Positions 1 through 17,700 of a stretch of DNA of 64,000 bases are shown piece by piece (the stretch's first letter is position 1; each line of letters opens with the position of its first letter). The stretch is from the human T2T-CHM13v2.0 reference genome, Homo sapiens. The stretch covers positions 13,088,001 to 13,152,000 of the forward strand of contig CP068257.2 of assembly GCA_009914755.4 (NCBI GenBank), given 5' to 3'. The notes beneath the pieces are model-generated. The model ran no database searches, had not been told where the DNA came from, and saw only the letters and a program-made list of their open reading frames with translations. A program made the position numbers and the translations under genes.

Positions 1-509
1 ATTTAATGCAATCCACTCAGTCCATGAGCTTGGAAATTGTATTGTCTTCCAGCTGGCATATTATAACACAATTACTGTTCAAACAAAACTTTGTTAGAAT
101 AATTAAATATATACAAATGTGTCCTTTTTACAATATTAAACATTATATAATAGTAATGTTAGCTTATTTGATCAGTAAACTTGGTTAAGTTTAAGAAAAA
201 CAAACCCAAATAGAATAAAATGCATGCTTATATATTAGCATTGATAAAAAGGAGAAGACTGCTGTTGCTAGTAAACTAAAATTATAGATCTAGTTTCATT
301 TACCAAAGATTTACCTTTGTTATAGAAATTGGAGTTCTTAAAGCATTTCCAAGTTAACTCACGTAAGAATGTTTTAATTCAAGCACATTTAAAGTATTAG
401 AAGTTTATTTTTTATTTTTCTAGACATTTTAGTAATATTCATTTTTATGTATTTTTAATCTACTCAGAATACAGCTCCTATAACTTTAGAGGCTTTGCAG
501 TCTAATTAA

Positions 510-834
<325 letters not shown>

Positions 835-1699
835 AAGAAGATAGTTTACAGTTAAAGTTTTTTCTGAATTATAGAAGCATAAACATACAGAGTCACCAAG
901 AGTGTATAGTTTCAGATTTAAAACTTTAGCCACAGGTCAACTGTAAACAGAGAAACACAAAAATCTCAGTCCAGATATCAAATAGCTGCACTCCTTTCTA
1001 GTGAGCACAAAATTCTTAAGTATTCTAAGCACAAAAATAAACAAGTTAACAAACAAGCAAAAACATTAGTAAACGAGTTTACCTCTTGTCTCTTACCCAA
1101 CAGAGAATATATCTCTATCTACCATCTACAGAGACCACAAATAATCAGACCATAAAAACAAATTCCCAATTATCACTACCACCAGTGCATAACTCATTGG
1201 CCATGCACAAACCAGAAACAAAAACAAAACACGAGATCATTAGAAAGGAAAAAGAATTACAGAAACAGAGGTTAAGTAAATGTATAGTTCTATTGCGGAT
1301 TGTGATTCACTTCTGGGAGTCAAGAAGAGAGGTGTCTGGGCTTAGGCTGCCTATGAGGTGCACCTCTCCAGCAATGTGGCTTACCAGGCTATGTCACATG
1401 AATTTTGGGCATCTTCGTGGAAACTTCAAAACTATTAAAGGGTAATTTTTAAAAGAGGACATAATCATCACTCTCATACAAATATCAAGTGAACAGATGC
1501 TCAGAGAGCAGAGTCAAGAGTCTTGATGACATTTGTGTACCAGGTTTTCATTATTCCTGGTCCCAGATAAATTTCTGTTCTTGGGGTCTGTGAGTCACTG
1601 TGTATCTTGACAACTTCTTCTTTTTTTTTTTTTAACATAGTTTGAGTCAGGTTTCAGTTACTTCATTTAGGAAGCATTTTTACCGGGGCCACAATGCAG

Positions 1700-1870
1700 C
1701 GCTACTCTAGGAGGTGCTGTCCAATACAGCAGCCATCAGCCACACGTAGCTATTTAAACTTAAATTACTAAAAATTAAATAATATTTAAAATTTGGTCAC
1801 ACTAGTCATATTCCAAATGCTCAATAGCCACATGGAGCTGGTGGCTACTATGTTAGATACCACAGACCCA
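1700..1870. mobile_element. Palindromic non-autonomous DNA transposon remnant (hAT/MER-like)
   Basis: Inverted termini, ctgtccaatacagcagcca…tagccacacgtagctatttaaa on the left and ctcaatagccacatggagctggtggctactatgttagat on the right, around an AT-rich core. This resembles a mammalian MER-type palindromic element. The family name is not certain. Confidence 0.45.
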
Positions 1871-2195
1871 CAGGGACTTTCTCGTCCCCAAGCCATATTG
1901 TAAAGCAGAGTCTACAGCAAATAGTTGCTGAGTTTACATCTCAGTTCAGTAGACTGAGCAAGAAGCATTCTAAGAAACTTAGAACAAACTGTGATCAAAA
2001 GATGGTTACTTTAGTAATAATGTAAAAGAGAGTTTCTATATAAAAGTGGATGCAAACAAAATCATATGTCAAGTACAACCAAGATTTTTATTAGATCAAA
2101 ACCAGGAAGATTTAGTGTCTGTGAGGTTGCTGTTTAAATTATTTTCTTACATTGCAATGGAAAGAAATAGATTGTATGAACCAAGTTTCTAGTAT

Positions 2196-2615
2196 AAGAA
2201 ATTGTTACGGGTTGAATTGTGTCCCCCAAAAAAGTATGTTGAAGTCCTAACCTCCAGCATCTCAGGAAGTGACCTTATTTGGGAATAGTGTCATTGCAGA
2301 CGTCATTAGTTAAGATGAGATCTTGCTGGAGTAGAGTGGGCCTTTAATCCAATATAAATACTGTATTTAAGAGAAGAGACACAGAGAAAACATAGGGAGA
2401 AAATGGCCCTATGATGGTGGAGGCAGAGAATGATTGGAATGATGCATTTATAAGCCAAGGACAACCAGCAAATAGCAGAAGCTAGAAGCAAGGTAAGATT
2501 CTTCAGGTTTCAAAAGGAACATGGCCCTGCCAACACCTTGATTTCAGAATTCTTGTCTCCAGAACTGTGAAAAAAAGAAATTTCTGTTGTTTAATCCATC
2601 CAATACAATAAAATA
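2196..2615 (+). mobile_element. Solo ERVL-MaLR LTR (MLT-type)
   Basis: Starts gggttgaattgtgtcccccaaaaaagtatgttgaagtcctaacc and ends ccagaactgtgaaaaaaagaaatttctgttgtttaa, the canonical MLT/MST LTR termini. The ORFs 2306..2491 and 2503..2685 lie inside it. Confidence 0.7.
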
Positions 2616-5600
2616 AACATATCTGAAAGATTTTATTTAATTCATCAATTAATGAGGAAACGTCTACAATATCACAAACCTTCAAAGACTAAATCAAAGT
2701 ACTACACATGTAAAAACAACAATGCTTAAATAAATGTACAAGTGAACACAAAAATGGCTTATTCTGTGGGAGTGAGAGAAGGATTTGGAGAAGGAGCTTA
2801 ATTGTATTTCCAATGGGCAAAATTTACTTGTATGGCTAAGGATAAGAATCATTTGCATTGCTGTTAGTCATATACAGTTGAAAGAGTTGTAAAGTAGCTC
2901 AAAGACAACAAAAGGTACAGACAATCCATGGATAGTCGTGGAATAGGAGAACCCAGAATGTATGAGTAGACATAACCTTTTTGGTACATTTTAAAATCTT
3001 TCATGATTTCTTCCTGTATCCATAACAAAAAGCTTTTAAAACCAACATTCATTTTTAACTTTATATTCTATTTTTTGAGGCCAAAATGATTTAGAAACTT
3101 CAAAAAATTATTTACGAAGGAGTAGTCTAAATTATAAGAAACTGTAAGTTTTCTGAGAAACAGAAATTAAAATTCTCAGGTGAGTGGGAAGGTTCCATTT
3201 CTTAAATCCATTTTCCATTTTTCTTAAATTTTACTTATGATTGATTTCAATTCAAATGTAGGAAGACCCAGTTAAAAGTATAGTAGCTAAATGAATTTAC
3301 AGATAGTCTAAGACAAAAATATGAGTTTGAATAAAGTTTATTTGATTACTATATTAAGATAGAAATGTTAGCTGCTCTAACAAACACCTGTCTCTCAGTT
3401 TTAATGAAATAACATTTTATTTCTTGCTCATAGGAAGTCCAAAGGTATTGGGCAGATTTCTTAGATGTCTCTCCTTCAAAGCATAACTCAGGAATCTAAG
3501 TTCCTTTCATTATATGGTTCTGCCATTTGGGAGCCTTTCACTTCCACACACACACAGAACACAAATGAAAAACCTCATGAGAGATGTTAGGTACTAAGCC
3601 TGGGTTTGACTTTCAGTTCTTGTCTCAACTAGGCACGTGGCCCTAACTCAACTGCAAAGAATTCTAAGAAATGTATTCATCCTGAGTGCACTGAAAAAGA
3701 CAACAGGTTTCTCAGCAGCTAGCCTATTACTTCTATCATCCTTCTTACTTATATAATTAATTGCCAGTTACAACTGTTCCTCGTAAACCATGATAATTGA
3801 TTTGACTTATCTTTTTTAAATTCTTTTAATTTATCTCTATTAATTTATAGCCAATGGAAAGTTGCCCAACTTTCTGACTTTGTCACTCTGAAGACCCAGT
3901 ATGGAAGGTTCTTAACAGCAAAAGCTGTATCACATTCAGAAGAGGACAACCACATGGAAATAAATGAGCAGTGAAGCTGACAGGGGTATCAATGTGTCTT
4001 TCAATGCTTCGTGCATCATCAGCTATTTATTTCAATATTTTGTATGTCATCAGCACTTTGTCTGACAGCTCCATTTGTTCACTTTTCATACTTCTTTTGG
4101 GTGAACAGCATGTATAAGAGCTCCATTTTGGAACAGCACATTAATCTTCCCTAGTTAAGGGATGACTTGTTCTCACACTTATCATTGCACCTCTCTTGTG
4201 ATATGACATCACCCCCTCATTTGCTGAGATAAATGCCAAACAAAAACATCACACCGGCATCTGAATTTCTACATTGTCTATTTGATTTGTATCACAACTT
4301 TGAAATATAAGGAAAGGAGGACACTAGTCATTAATGAAGCTACTTTTTTTTCTTGGCGCTTTTATATTTTCTACAAGATTTGTACTTAATATTGAGAAAC
4401 TCTGACAGTCCTAAGCCAATTCTGTGGCTTGCCCAGTAGGTTAAATCAAGTTGTGCCAGAAAACCCAGACATATACCCATCTTCCACACAATGGAGTGGC
4501 AACCAGCCTCCCTTGTCCTTCGGCATCCATGGCAAGTTTGTCCTCTAGAGCACTGAGTTATATGACCCATGAGCCAATGGCTGCATTTACAACAAAGACC
4601 CGTGAAAGTTGTAATTCCTTTACAAATAACTCATGAGTTCAGTCCTATCCAGAAGGTGATGCTGAAATACTGCACAATAACAATGTTTGTTTGCCTAAAA
4701 AGGACATTCAGCAGCAATGGTTCACTACAGGTTAGGCACCATATTTCAATTCCTAATCAAATTCTATTTGGACCTTTCATTTCCTGAAATGACCCTGAAA
4801 ATGTTATCTCTACTCTAGCTGTCACCCTTCCTGCTTGTGATCTCAGTTTGAAATCTAAGTATTAGAAACCGTAGAAGACTGTGGCTGGATTTGGCATTAT
4901 TCCAGTTCACTATGAAGACACATTTAAACTGAAAAACTTACATAAACTAAGTGAGATGAACTGGTCTCCATAACAGGAGAAGGTAATACGATGATGGCTT
5001 ATAATTTGGAATAAAAATCATGTAGTGTCTTTAATATCTTTCACCCACAAGACATTATGTGTATAAAGACTTAGAAAATTAGAAAATAATGGGAAAACAC
5101 CCAAATGTCCAAGAGCAAGAGAATAAATAAATAAATTATGCTATGCTCAAATAATGAAATAATATGCAACAGAGAAAAGCAATAAACTACAGGCATGACT
5201 GACAATGTGCAGGATTCCCATGAACAAAAATGTTGGAAGAAAATGTCAAATGAACACAGAACAATATGGTATAAGATTTTGTATACAAACTTTTAAAACG
5301 TACAAAAGGATATTATATACAGCTAAGAGTACCTGCAATTATTGTACTAAAAACACAGTGGAAGATAAATACCGGTGGCTCCCTCTAGAGGCAAGGAAGA
5401 AATGAGACGTGATCAGAGAGGAATGCTTAACGGCACTTCAAATGTGCAGGGCGTGTTTTATTTGCTAAGCTGGTGTTCACTTTATTTTTCTTTATACTTT
5501 CCTTGTATGTGTAAATATTTGCAAAATAAAATGTAATAAAACCATGTAGGTGGCGATCCCTGCCCTTAGAAATTAAAAAAATCTTATTATGGAGAAAAGA

Positions 5601-5697
5601 TATTTGCACATTTTTTCAACTTTATATATATTTTATTGTTGCAATAATATAGACTACAAGAAATTAGCTTATTAAATAAAATCTACCTTCATTCATA

Positions 5698-6175
5698 TAT
5701 ATATAATACTTTGAGTTCTGGAGCACGTGTGCATAACGTGCAGGTTTGTTACATAGGTATATATGTGCCATGGTGGTTTGTTGCACCCATCAACCCTTCA
5801 TCTACATTAGGTATTTCTCCTAATGCTGTCCCTTCCCTAGCCCCCACCCCCCAACAGGCCCCAGTGTGTGATGTTCCCCTCCCTGTGTCCATGTGTTCTT
5901 ATTTTTCCACTCCTACTTATGCGTGAGGACATGCAGTGTTTGGTTTTCTGTTCTTGTGTTAGTTTGCTGAGAATGATGGTTTCCAGTTTCATCCATGTCC
6001 ATGCAAAGGACATGAACTCATCCTTTTTTATGGCTGCATAGTATTCTATTGTGTATATGTGCCACATTTTCTTTATCCAGTCTATCATGGATGGGCATTT
6101 GGGTTGATTCCAAGTCTTTGCTATTGTGAATAGTGCTGCAATAAACATACGTGGACACTTGCACATTTTTTAAAA
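5698..6175 (-). mobile_element. 5'-truncated L1 (L1PA-like) 3' end: ORF2 C-terminus plus 3'UTR
   Basis: The minus-strand ORF 5837..6166 translates to MFIAALFTIAKTWNQPKCPSMIDWIKKMWHIYTIEYYAAIKKDEFMSFAWTWMKLETIILSKLTQEQKTKH, the L1 ORF2 C-terminus. The 3'UTR motif gggtgggggctagggaagggacagcattaggagaaatacctaatgt follows in reverse complement. Confidence 0.9.
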
Positions 6176-9100
6176 GGTAGACGACAACACAAGATGACAA
6201 ATGTGTAAATTCCAAATGAATCTTACAGATAACCTGATAATATTCCTGGAGTCTTCAGGGAAATTTTATTTGTGGAAATAAAATGTCTTATTATCAAAAA
6301 AGCAGATGGAAACAGGGAGAGGACTAAGAAGAATATGATCCATGTCCATACAATTATAATGTATATCTTTTTACTGGAATGTTATCTCCATGAAGGCAGG
6401 ATCATCTGTTGTGTTTAGTGCAAATCTTGAGTCCCTGGTATATCCTAGGTAAAACCTACGTACAATAACTTTCATGGAGGGAAGACTGGCATTCTCTAAT
6501 ACCAGTATTCTTGAGATAGAAAACTCATAGACATTCTGACAGTTTAGTAATATACAGTGTTTTACACAGCAGTTCTCAACCTCATAGAACTCCTTTTTCC
6601 AGAGAAAACATATGGTAGATATTTTAGGTTTAACATTTGTGGCTGACAGATCTGTATTGCATGAGAAAGAGAATGTAAGGGTGTATCTGATAAAGCAACT
6701 AGTTTGATCTCTTAACCTGAACCATGATGCTCCTGTAGCAAATAAAAATTAAAGTGGAACAATAACAACTAAATCTAGGACACTTCAACCATTGATGTCA
6801 AAAATACTGAATTGAGAATTAGTACACATAAAATAAAATTTACTCTGTTGTTTGCACTTGATCTAGAGGTTGTATGGAAAAAAATAAAAACAGAAACAGA
6901 AAATAGTGATGGATTTTAAATAGTTCTTTGTGTCCTAAAAAGCCAACCAAACAACAACAACAAAAAACATAGATCTCAGAGGCCTTTGCAGGCTGTACAT
7001 TTCAAGACCAGATAAAAGGTGAGAGGTCTCAAGTGACAGACCAAGATGGGTCACAGGATGCCTGAGAAACCACATGATTAGGTGCAGTCAGACGAACAAC
7101 TGTAGAGTCAGTGAAAAATCAATCTGGTAGTGACAGAAGCCTATGAGTGAAATGTCTTTTCCATATTTTTTAGCTATCACTCTGTCAATACACGCACTTG
7201 AAACTGGATGCACTTGAGAATTAAAAGATGTTAGATCTATAAAGCATTAGAACAGTGTCTACTAGGTACTAACTTCTCAATAAATACTGTCTACTTTGCT
7301 GAAGTAATAAGTATATTAATAACAAAATTTTTAAATATTGAATTAAATTTTTTTATTGTATATACAGAAGCTCCTTCAATGCTATCTTTTATTTTCACCA
7401 TGGCTTCACATTAGCCTATCACAAAATTCTACTCCTTACCTACGATCTCAGTGAGAGGTTCTTGCATTAGGATGTACTAAGAACACCAAAGAATCTAAAG
7501 AACTCACGGTTATGGCAATTTCTACAATGAAGATAAACAGGGATTATGCAGTTTGGTTGACATTCAGGTCTCCAGTGTGTGCTCTTTGGCCTTTCGTGGT
7601 CACACTATGTGCTGCTCTGCTTCTATTTATATCATCTTCATCAAATAACAGGCCTAGTAGGAGAATTGGAGGCAGGGGGTGAAGGAAAAAACAAAATGTA
7701 TGAAACCTTCAACCAAACACAGTGACTTTATGTTACCAGTACTGGTGGGAGATTTGTTATAGGACTAAAAAAGATGCAGAAGAATTCATATAAGAATCAG
7801 GAGATCCAAGGCCTACTCTAATTTGCCACTAACTATCTGGGTCACCATGGGACTAATTCCTTAACGTCTGTGAGTACAATACTATACTCAAATTAGAAAA
7901 TCTTCCAGATCCCTCCCATTCCATATTTATGATTCGTTGATGTTGCACCTTCCCAGATAACCAAGAATCACCTATAAATAGGAAGGGGCAGGCATTTCTC
8001 TTTTCTCATCACATTCTCTTTTCCAATAGGTGTTACTACCCTCTAATTTTTTTTTTAATAAAATCCTCTAGCAAAGGCAATGATTCCTCTATTACTCATC
8101 ATGAACAAGAGTGCCAGATATGTTTCCTGACTGATAGAAATATCTGAATAAACACGTGGTGCAGTGTCAAAAGCCCTGGACATGGAAGACCTGCAGCTAA
8201 CCTCTGATTTACTACTTACTAGCAGTTTTACTTTAGAAGTGATATAGAAATTATAATATTGGTGGCTATTGTCTTGGAGATTTTGTCTTTGATTTCACTC
8301 ACTTTAGAGAAGAGCAAACACCCTCAGTGAGACAGGATAGATACTGCCGGAGACATGATGGGAACCTAGTGATTTTTCCCCCAAGACTTTGAAAACAATT
8401 TTTTGGTTTCAAAGACTGAAAAAAAAAATGTATTAACTATAACAAAAAATTCTTCAAGTAAAGCCCCATGTGCAACTTTAATATATTATCAGATCGAAAT
8501 GATATCATTGTGGTGAAGAGAAGCAAGAGCCTTAGGGACTTTCACCTGACTTCTCCCACCTCCCTTCCCAGCCCCACAAGGCAATAAAAACTCTGACTCC
8601 TAGGACTCTTCCAAAGCTCCTCCTTGAAGTGGCCATTTGCATCACCTGAGAGCATGAAAGCCTTGAAAAATCTCAGGCCCCATTCCAGGTTCAGTGAATC
8701 AGACTCTACCATGTGACAAGATCCCCAGGTGGTATGTGTACACAGTGAACTTGAGAAGCACTGATCTAGAATACAATTTTAAAACTACCAAATTACCCCA
8801 TGCTGTTCTTCCTAATTAAAATCTCTGGCTTAGCTTTCCCAATGCCTACTTCGCAGTGTTGTTAAAACCATGAGTGTGAACTCATTTTGTAAAGTACACA
8901 TTCTATAAACAAAAGGTACTCTTATTAGTTCCAAGTTCCTGGAAGTTTCCGCTACCTCTCTGCTTGTGTTCTAGCTTAAAATCTTGAAATTTCCATTAAA
9001 ATAATTCTATATGATAAAGCTATCCCCATGTCTTAGCAGATATTCACTAGGAAATCAATCCTTGTTTGATTTGCTTATAGAATTTCTGTGTAACAAATAA

Positions 9101-11368
9101 TTCCATATCAGTTGTTTCTCTGATCTCTGCTTATCTAAGTCACTTTCTATGATTGAAGTATTTAATTGTGTGTTATTTGCACTGTGTACTGGGTGAGCTG
9201 TATTTGATAAGTCAAGTGCTTTACCCAGTAATCACACTTAAATCCCCTTCCCAATTAGTATACCCCACCTTAAATATTTCAAATAATGAAGTAAAGTCCA
9301 TTTTAAAAAATTAATACGGCTAAACAACATATGAACTAATAGGTTATTAATAAATGATGGACACTCAAATATATTGAATGAATGAATTAAAAATTTGAAG
9401 AAATAAATTTCAAGAAGGTTCAGCAAATTCCTCACCAACTATTGTATTTAATCCTTTGTTTTTACCTGAAAATTCATTTCAGCGAGGCTACTCTGTAATG
9501 CTAGTTTTTTTCCAACTTATAATGTGATATGTAAAAACTTATTTTGGCAAGTTTCCAAAAAGCTCAAAACTATGCAGCTAACCTAAGTTCATGATGAAAA
9601 GATTTGACTCATTGTGCTTTTTGTGTGTACGCTCACTGGTTAATTAATTTAAGAAGAAGTCTCACTTATATAACTGAGATGTTAAATGGCTGGATGATCT
9701 CATGATTCCCATTTCAGTACATTGACTTTTTTTAAAAAAACTTAATTATAAGAGTTGTCATTAGACTACTTAGAAACAAGAGTATTAGAGTGTGGATTGA
9801 TTCCTCTCTCTGTTTTCTTTCTATAAAAACTCTACAGATATATGCATCTCCTGGAAGGAAAAGAAATAAAATTAACCCCATATCTATGTTTAATTGTCTT
9901 AATGTGAAATATATGATATTTTCAATCACCAGTATATTGTATATTCAATCATGTCATTTTACAGCTGGATCTTAGAGATTACTATTACATATCTCACACT
10001 CATGCCCTATTTTCTCTCCAAACTGGTTGCATTTCCTTCCCTATTTCTGTATATTTTATTTTATTTTTTGCTTTCTTGCTCTCTTTTTACAGTACTTTGG
10101 AATTTTGAAAGCCAACATTAAGGTAGCATTAAGGTTATGAATTTAAAATGCTGGAGGTGAGCATAGGCAAAGAGTAAGTTTCTTCAAGTAACACTATATA
10201 TGATTAAAAACAAACTACATGCTTTCAAAAATGCATGCCATAAGGAAGAAATGAGGGGTGGGATGCTCACTGTTATATTGTATGAAAAGAACACATTAAA
10301 AAGAGTCATATAATTTGTTTTCTAGGGTATAGACCATGAAAAAGGTATACTTAAACTCTTAAATGCAGTATATTATTCTTCCCCATTAAATACTTTAGAA
10401 AAATTTAATCCAAATATCCAAAAAAATTTTAGTTTATTAAGATTGTAAGTGGCTAATAGCTTCAGATTCAGAGGGAACAAGGGGGTAGAGGGACAGCCCT
10501 TCATAGGCAGCTACCATTTAAGTGTTTCATTGTCATCCTTAGTGTCAGGAGAGCTAGGACTTTTAGGTTACAGAGGATTTTCCAAGTAAATAATACTGAG
10601 TAACTCTGCCAACTGAAGTCTACACGATCTGAAAGAGAAAATAACACAGAAGTCCCCCTTTAGGTTTAGTTTTAAATACAATATTCACTGAGATAATAAG
10701 AAACTACTAGTGTTCCAGAACTGTAGAGCCTAGAGCAGCTTGATGCTGTCTCACAATAAACTGACAGAGTTCATTTGGAGGAATTCAAAATTCGCTCAGA
10801 AAAATTTCTGAATCTACTAATTTTTTTTCAAAGACTATAACTTGTGATTCTAGCATAAAAGATAAAAGACAAAAATATCAAAAGTAACTATAGCTACAAC
10901 AATTTGTTAATGGATTTATAAAATTAAAAGATATAAGTTGTGACACAAATAGCATAAAATATGGTGGGGGTGCAGAGTGAGAGTGTAGACATTTTGTATG
11001 CAATTGAAGTTAAGCTGTTATTAGCTTAAAATAGACTGTTATAACCCTAAAATGTTACACATAAACTCCATGGTAACCACCAAGAAAAAACTTCTAGAAG
11101 ATACCAAAAAGATAAAAAGAAAGGAATCAAAGCATAACACTATAAAAATTCAACAAATCACAAAGGAAGACAAATCACAAAGGAAGACAAATCACAAAGG
11201 AAGACAGCAAGATTGGTAGAAGAGAACAAAGGAAATAGTAATAAAATGGCAACAGTAAGTTCTTGCATGTCAATAATTATCTTAAGTGTAAATGGATTAA
11301 ATTCGCAATCAAAAGACACGGTAATTAGATGGAGTAAAATTTTGTATAAGTCTATTTTCACACTACCT

Positions 11369-13995
<2,627 letters not shown>

Positions 13996-14344
13996 CATAT
14001 CATCTTTTAAGGATTTATTTTTAGAAGATCATAGGGTATAAACATTCTTATGACAGAGGGCATGACATAAGAATTTAGAAAACAGAGAATTTAGAAAATA
14101 GTCCAGAATTGCTGTCCAGAAAATATTAACTATTGAAAAGGAAATAAGCATTTGAAATAGAAATATAAAGTTAAGCATAAAAGTATTAACATCTAATTAT
14201 TATAAACTTTCTGTAATTGAAGTTGAACTGTTAGGACAATTTTTAAAGGCAGTATAGTGGTTAAGCATTGCCTTTGAAGCCATCCTTTATGGGTTTAATT
14301 CCATTCTGCTATTTGCTTGTTGGGTATTGTATAATTTTCTATGG

Positions 14345-14705
14345 TTTTCATAAGCGAATACCACAGATTTGGTGGCATAAACAACAGAATTTTATTTTCC
14401 TAACTCTGAAGGCTGGAAGTCCATGATCATGGTGCAGGGTTAGGTTCTAATGAGGCCTCTCCTCTTAGTTTGCAGATGGCCATCTTCTTGCTGTGCCCTC
14501 ACATGGTCTTCTTTTCTGTGCGTGTGCATGCCTGGTGTGTCTTCCTCTTCTTAGAAGGTCATCGGTCCTATTGGATTATAGCCCCACACTTGTGACCTCA
14601 TTTAACTTATTAACCTCCTTAAAAACTCTGTCTCCAAATATAGTCACATTAGGGGTTAGTGATTCAACACATGAATATTGGGAGGACACAATTCAATCCA
14701 TAACA
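14345..14705 (+). mobile_element. Solo MaLR LTR (MLT1-type)
   Basis: Starts ggtggcataaacaacagaattttattttcctaactctgaaggctggaagtcc and ends gtcacattaggggttagtgattcaacacatgaatattgggaggacacaattcaatccataaca, the MLT1 termini. Confidence 0.7.
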
Positions 14706-14789
14706 CGTATACTTGGCCAAGTTACTCGATGTCTGCATATCTGAGTTATCTCATTTGTAAAATCAAGGTAATAATACTTTATTGGCTAT

Positions 14790-14870
14790 GATGGGATTAA
14801 ATGTGCTTTTATGCATAAAGCATTCAAGAACAGTGCCTAGCACATGGTAAGTGTTCAATAGATAAGTAGT
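14790..14870 (+). mobile_element. MIR SINE 3' fragment
   Basis: aacagtgcctagcacatggtaagtgttcaatagataagtag matches the MIR core/3' consensus (agtgcctggcacatagtaggtgctcaataaatg). Confidence 0.4.
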
Positions 14871-15333
14871 GTCACATTTAAAAATTGAAAGTTTACATGG
14901 ACATTGTATGCATTAATCATAATACACTATAAAAATAGCTTCCATAACAGGATTTCTAAATTGGATACAATAACAATTCTTATAATTATTAGGAGTAATT
15001 AGTATTAACAGAGAAGAAATAGAAACATTAAGCAAGTAATCCAAAATCATATAATGAATTGACAGCATGATTAAGTGCAAATGTTTCAAGAAAAGTTATA
15101 TCCTTTTAATTCCTTTTAAATTAAAATAACTGTCATAAAGAAGACTAGTCATCTTCTATAGTAAATATTTTTGAATTTTAGTAGGTAGAAACATGGGCTT
15201 AAAAATTTTTTAAATCACTTGGAAGATTTCACTTATTTCAGCTTTTTTAAACTGCTCCATCCACATAGAAAATAAACCTCCCAATACAACTAGCTCCAAA
15301 ATGTTTAGTAGGATGTTTAAGAATAAGAAAAAT

Positions 15334-15653
<320 letters not shown>

Positions 15654-17614
15654 CTAACAGCATCCATATTACCTCCTTATTGAAATAAACTTACTGGAAA
15701 ATGAAGCAACCCACAAGTAATACCTGAGTTGTATTTTGTGAGGAGTAGTAGGCAAGGTAACATTGAAAATGCAAAGGAAGGTATGATATATAAACAGGTA
15801 ATTAAGATAATATAGATATTCACATAATATCTTTGAGTATAGCTGAAGGACACCTAACTCAGCATGGCAGGGAGAGATTGGGCAAGAATTCCAGCATCAT
15901 AGTGGTCATCTTGGAATAAATGGAGAAATGGCATTGAGCTGAAGATGACTACAAGATAGCTGCCAATAGGGGCAGTGGAAAGGGATAGCTTAGGCAGCAG
16001 AGGTGTAGAAGACAGGCTTAAATGTGACAAAACTAGAGGCAGAGAGAGTAGTAAAAACAGCTATGATGATCCAGCCAGAATTAGCTAGTGGGGATAAAAG
16101 AAAAAGAGCAGAAAAAGTGGAGAAACACTTAAGCATTAAAAGTATTAGAACTATGGATGGGTAGATATGGAACTGTGGGAGAGGAAAAGGATTAGACAGC
16201 AATTCAGGAAGAGGAGCCATTTAGAGGGAAGATGACACATTCAGATTTCAAACTATTAGGATCAACGTGATGATAAGTGGTTGACGGAAGTTTGAATATA
16301 TAAATCTAGAGCATGGGGATTAAGGCTGGGCTGTATAGAAGTTGAAACAAGAGACTGGACAAGATCACCCATAGAGTATTAAAAATGACAAACGGGTAGG
16401 GAGAAGAAAGGGATAAAGTGAGGTATAAAAATATAGTCAGATAGAAGAAATAATCCCTCGTATTAAGTAAATCAGTAATTATAGTAAACAGTAACCTATT
16501 GTACATTTCAAAAGAGGTAGTGATGAATAATTACAATGTTTCCAGCATAAAGAAAATATGAATGTTTAAGGTGATGGATATCCAAATAACCCTGATTTGA
16601 TTATTACACATTATGTGAATGTATCGAAATGTCACATGTACCACAAACACATTTAAATTTATCGTGTATCAATAAAAAATATTTTGACCAATGACTTAGA
16701 GACAGAAGCCTGGAAAACATCAATATTAAAGGAAAAAACACATAGAAGAAACCCATGAAGGATCCAGAGGAGAGATGAGAACCAGCAAAAAACTGAGTTA
16801 CAGAAGATAAATGTGCAGAGATTCTAACATAGGGGAGGCTTTGATAAAAGCCCATTGAATATGCCAAAAAGAAATTAATTTGTGACCTTAGAGATGTCAG
16901 TGTCTGTATGGTGAGGGAACTAGGAAGATGAACAGATTGTAGTGAATTCCTCTGAGTAGGAGATGAATGTCTAGAAATACCTTAGAGTATTTCTCAGCTT
17001 ATACAGGCAAGAAATAGTGTCTCACCTAAGGTAATATCTCTGTAGTGAAACAAACATAGACAGAAGTGTTCAAAGTAAATGATGTGCAGAGACTAGATGG
17101 AGAAGTCTGGCCCAGATCGGAGACTACAGTTCAAGCTGGGATTATCAGCCTAATGAAATGCTTTACTTAGGAGAAAACAGAATTTCAAATGGAGAACTAA
17201 CCAATGACAAAAGAAAATGCATCATTATTTCAAACAGAAAACGAAGGACCCACAAGCAGAATTAGCAGTAATGTTGACTTTTGATGTCATGTCCTGCAAG
17301 TTACTCATAAAGGATTCCTTAAATACCCTAGACTAAGGGCAGGACAAGTTTCAGAGAATGAACTGGGCTTGAATGTGTCAGTAAAGATCAAGTTGCTCCA
17401 ACAAAAGGAAAGGAGGGTGGGCACAGGGAGCTCAGGAAGCATAGGAATAGATTGACAGGGGAAAACATGATTATACAAGTTTAATCTGCATAGATATGCA
17501 AGATGGACTTCACAGCTAAACTACTAGGACACATGAAAGAGTCAGGGAAGTAAATTATCCAATGGAATAAGAAATGGACAAAGGAAGAAAGAATAGCATG
17601 TCACAAGTCAAATA

Positions 17615-17700
17615 CATGAGAGTTTCCATGCCTGGCACATAAGAATGTGGTAAAGTTTTTTTGAATGAAGAAATGAATGAGTAAACAAATTAATGAAAAA
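17615..17700 (+). mobile_element. MIR SINE 3' fragment
   Basis: gcctggcacataagaatgtggtaaag…gaatgaagaaatgaatga resembles the MIR 3' end. Confidence 0.35.

Noticed and set aside
4340-4800. Overlapping ORFs on both strands (4340..4570 -, 4451..4636 +, 4569..4787 +) in apparently unique sequence
   Set aside because: There are no splice-site context, codon-bias or protein-similarity signals. The sizes (60-76 aa) are expected by chance in 64 kb.
5400-5640. AATAAA-rich segment (…tgcaaaataaaatgtaataaaaccatgtagg…) that could be read as an mRNA 3' end/polyadenylation region
   Set aside because: There is no upstream ORF or exon support. AT-rich sequence with AATAAA motifs is common by chance, and it may simply be the tail of an old L1/TE fragment.
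15780-16500. Stretch resembling an ancient interspersed repeat (…tttgaatatataaatctagagcatggggattaaggctgggctgtatagaag…gagactggacaagatcaccc…)
   Set aside because: There is partial similarity to a mammalian-wide repeat I recognise by motif only. I cannot assign family, boundaries or strand with confidence, so it is not reported as a feature.
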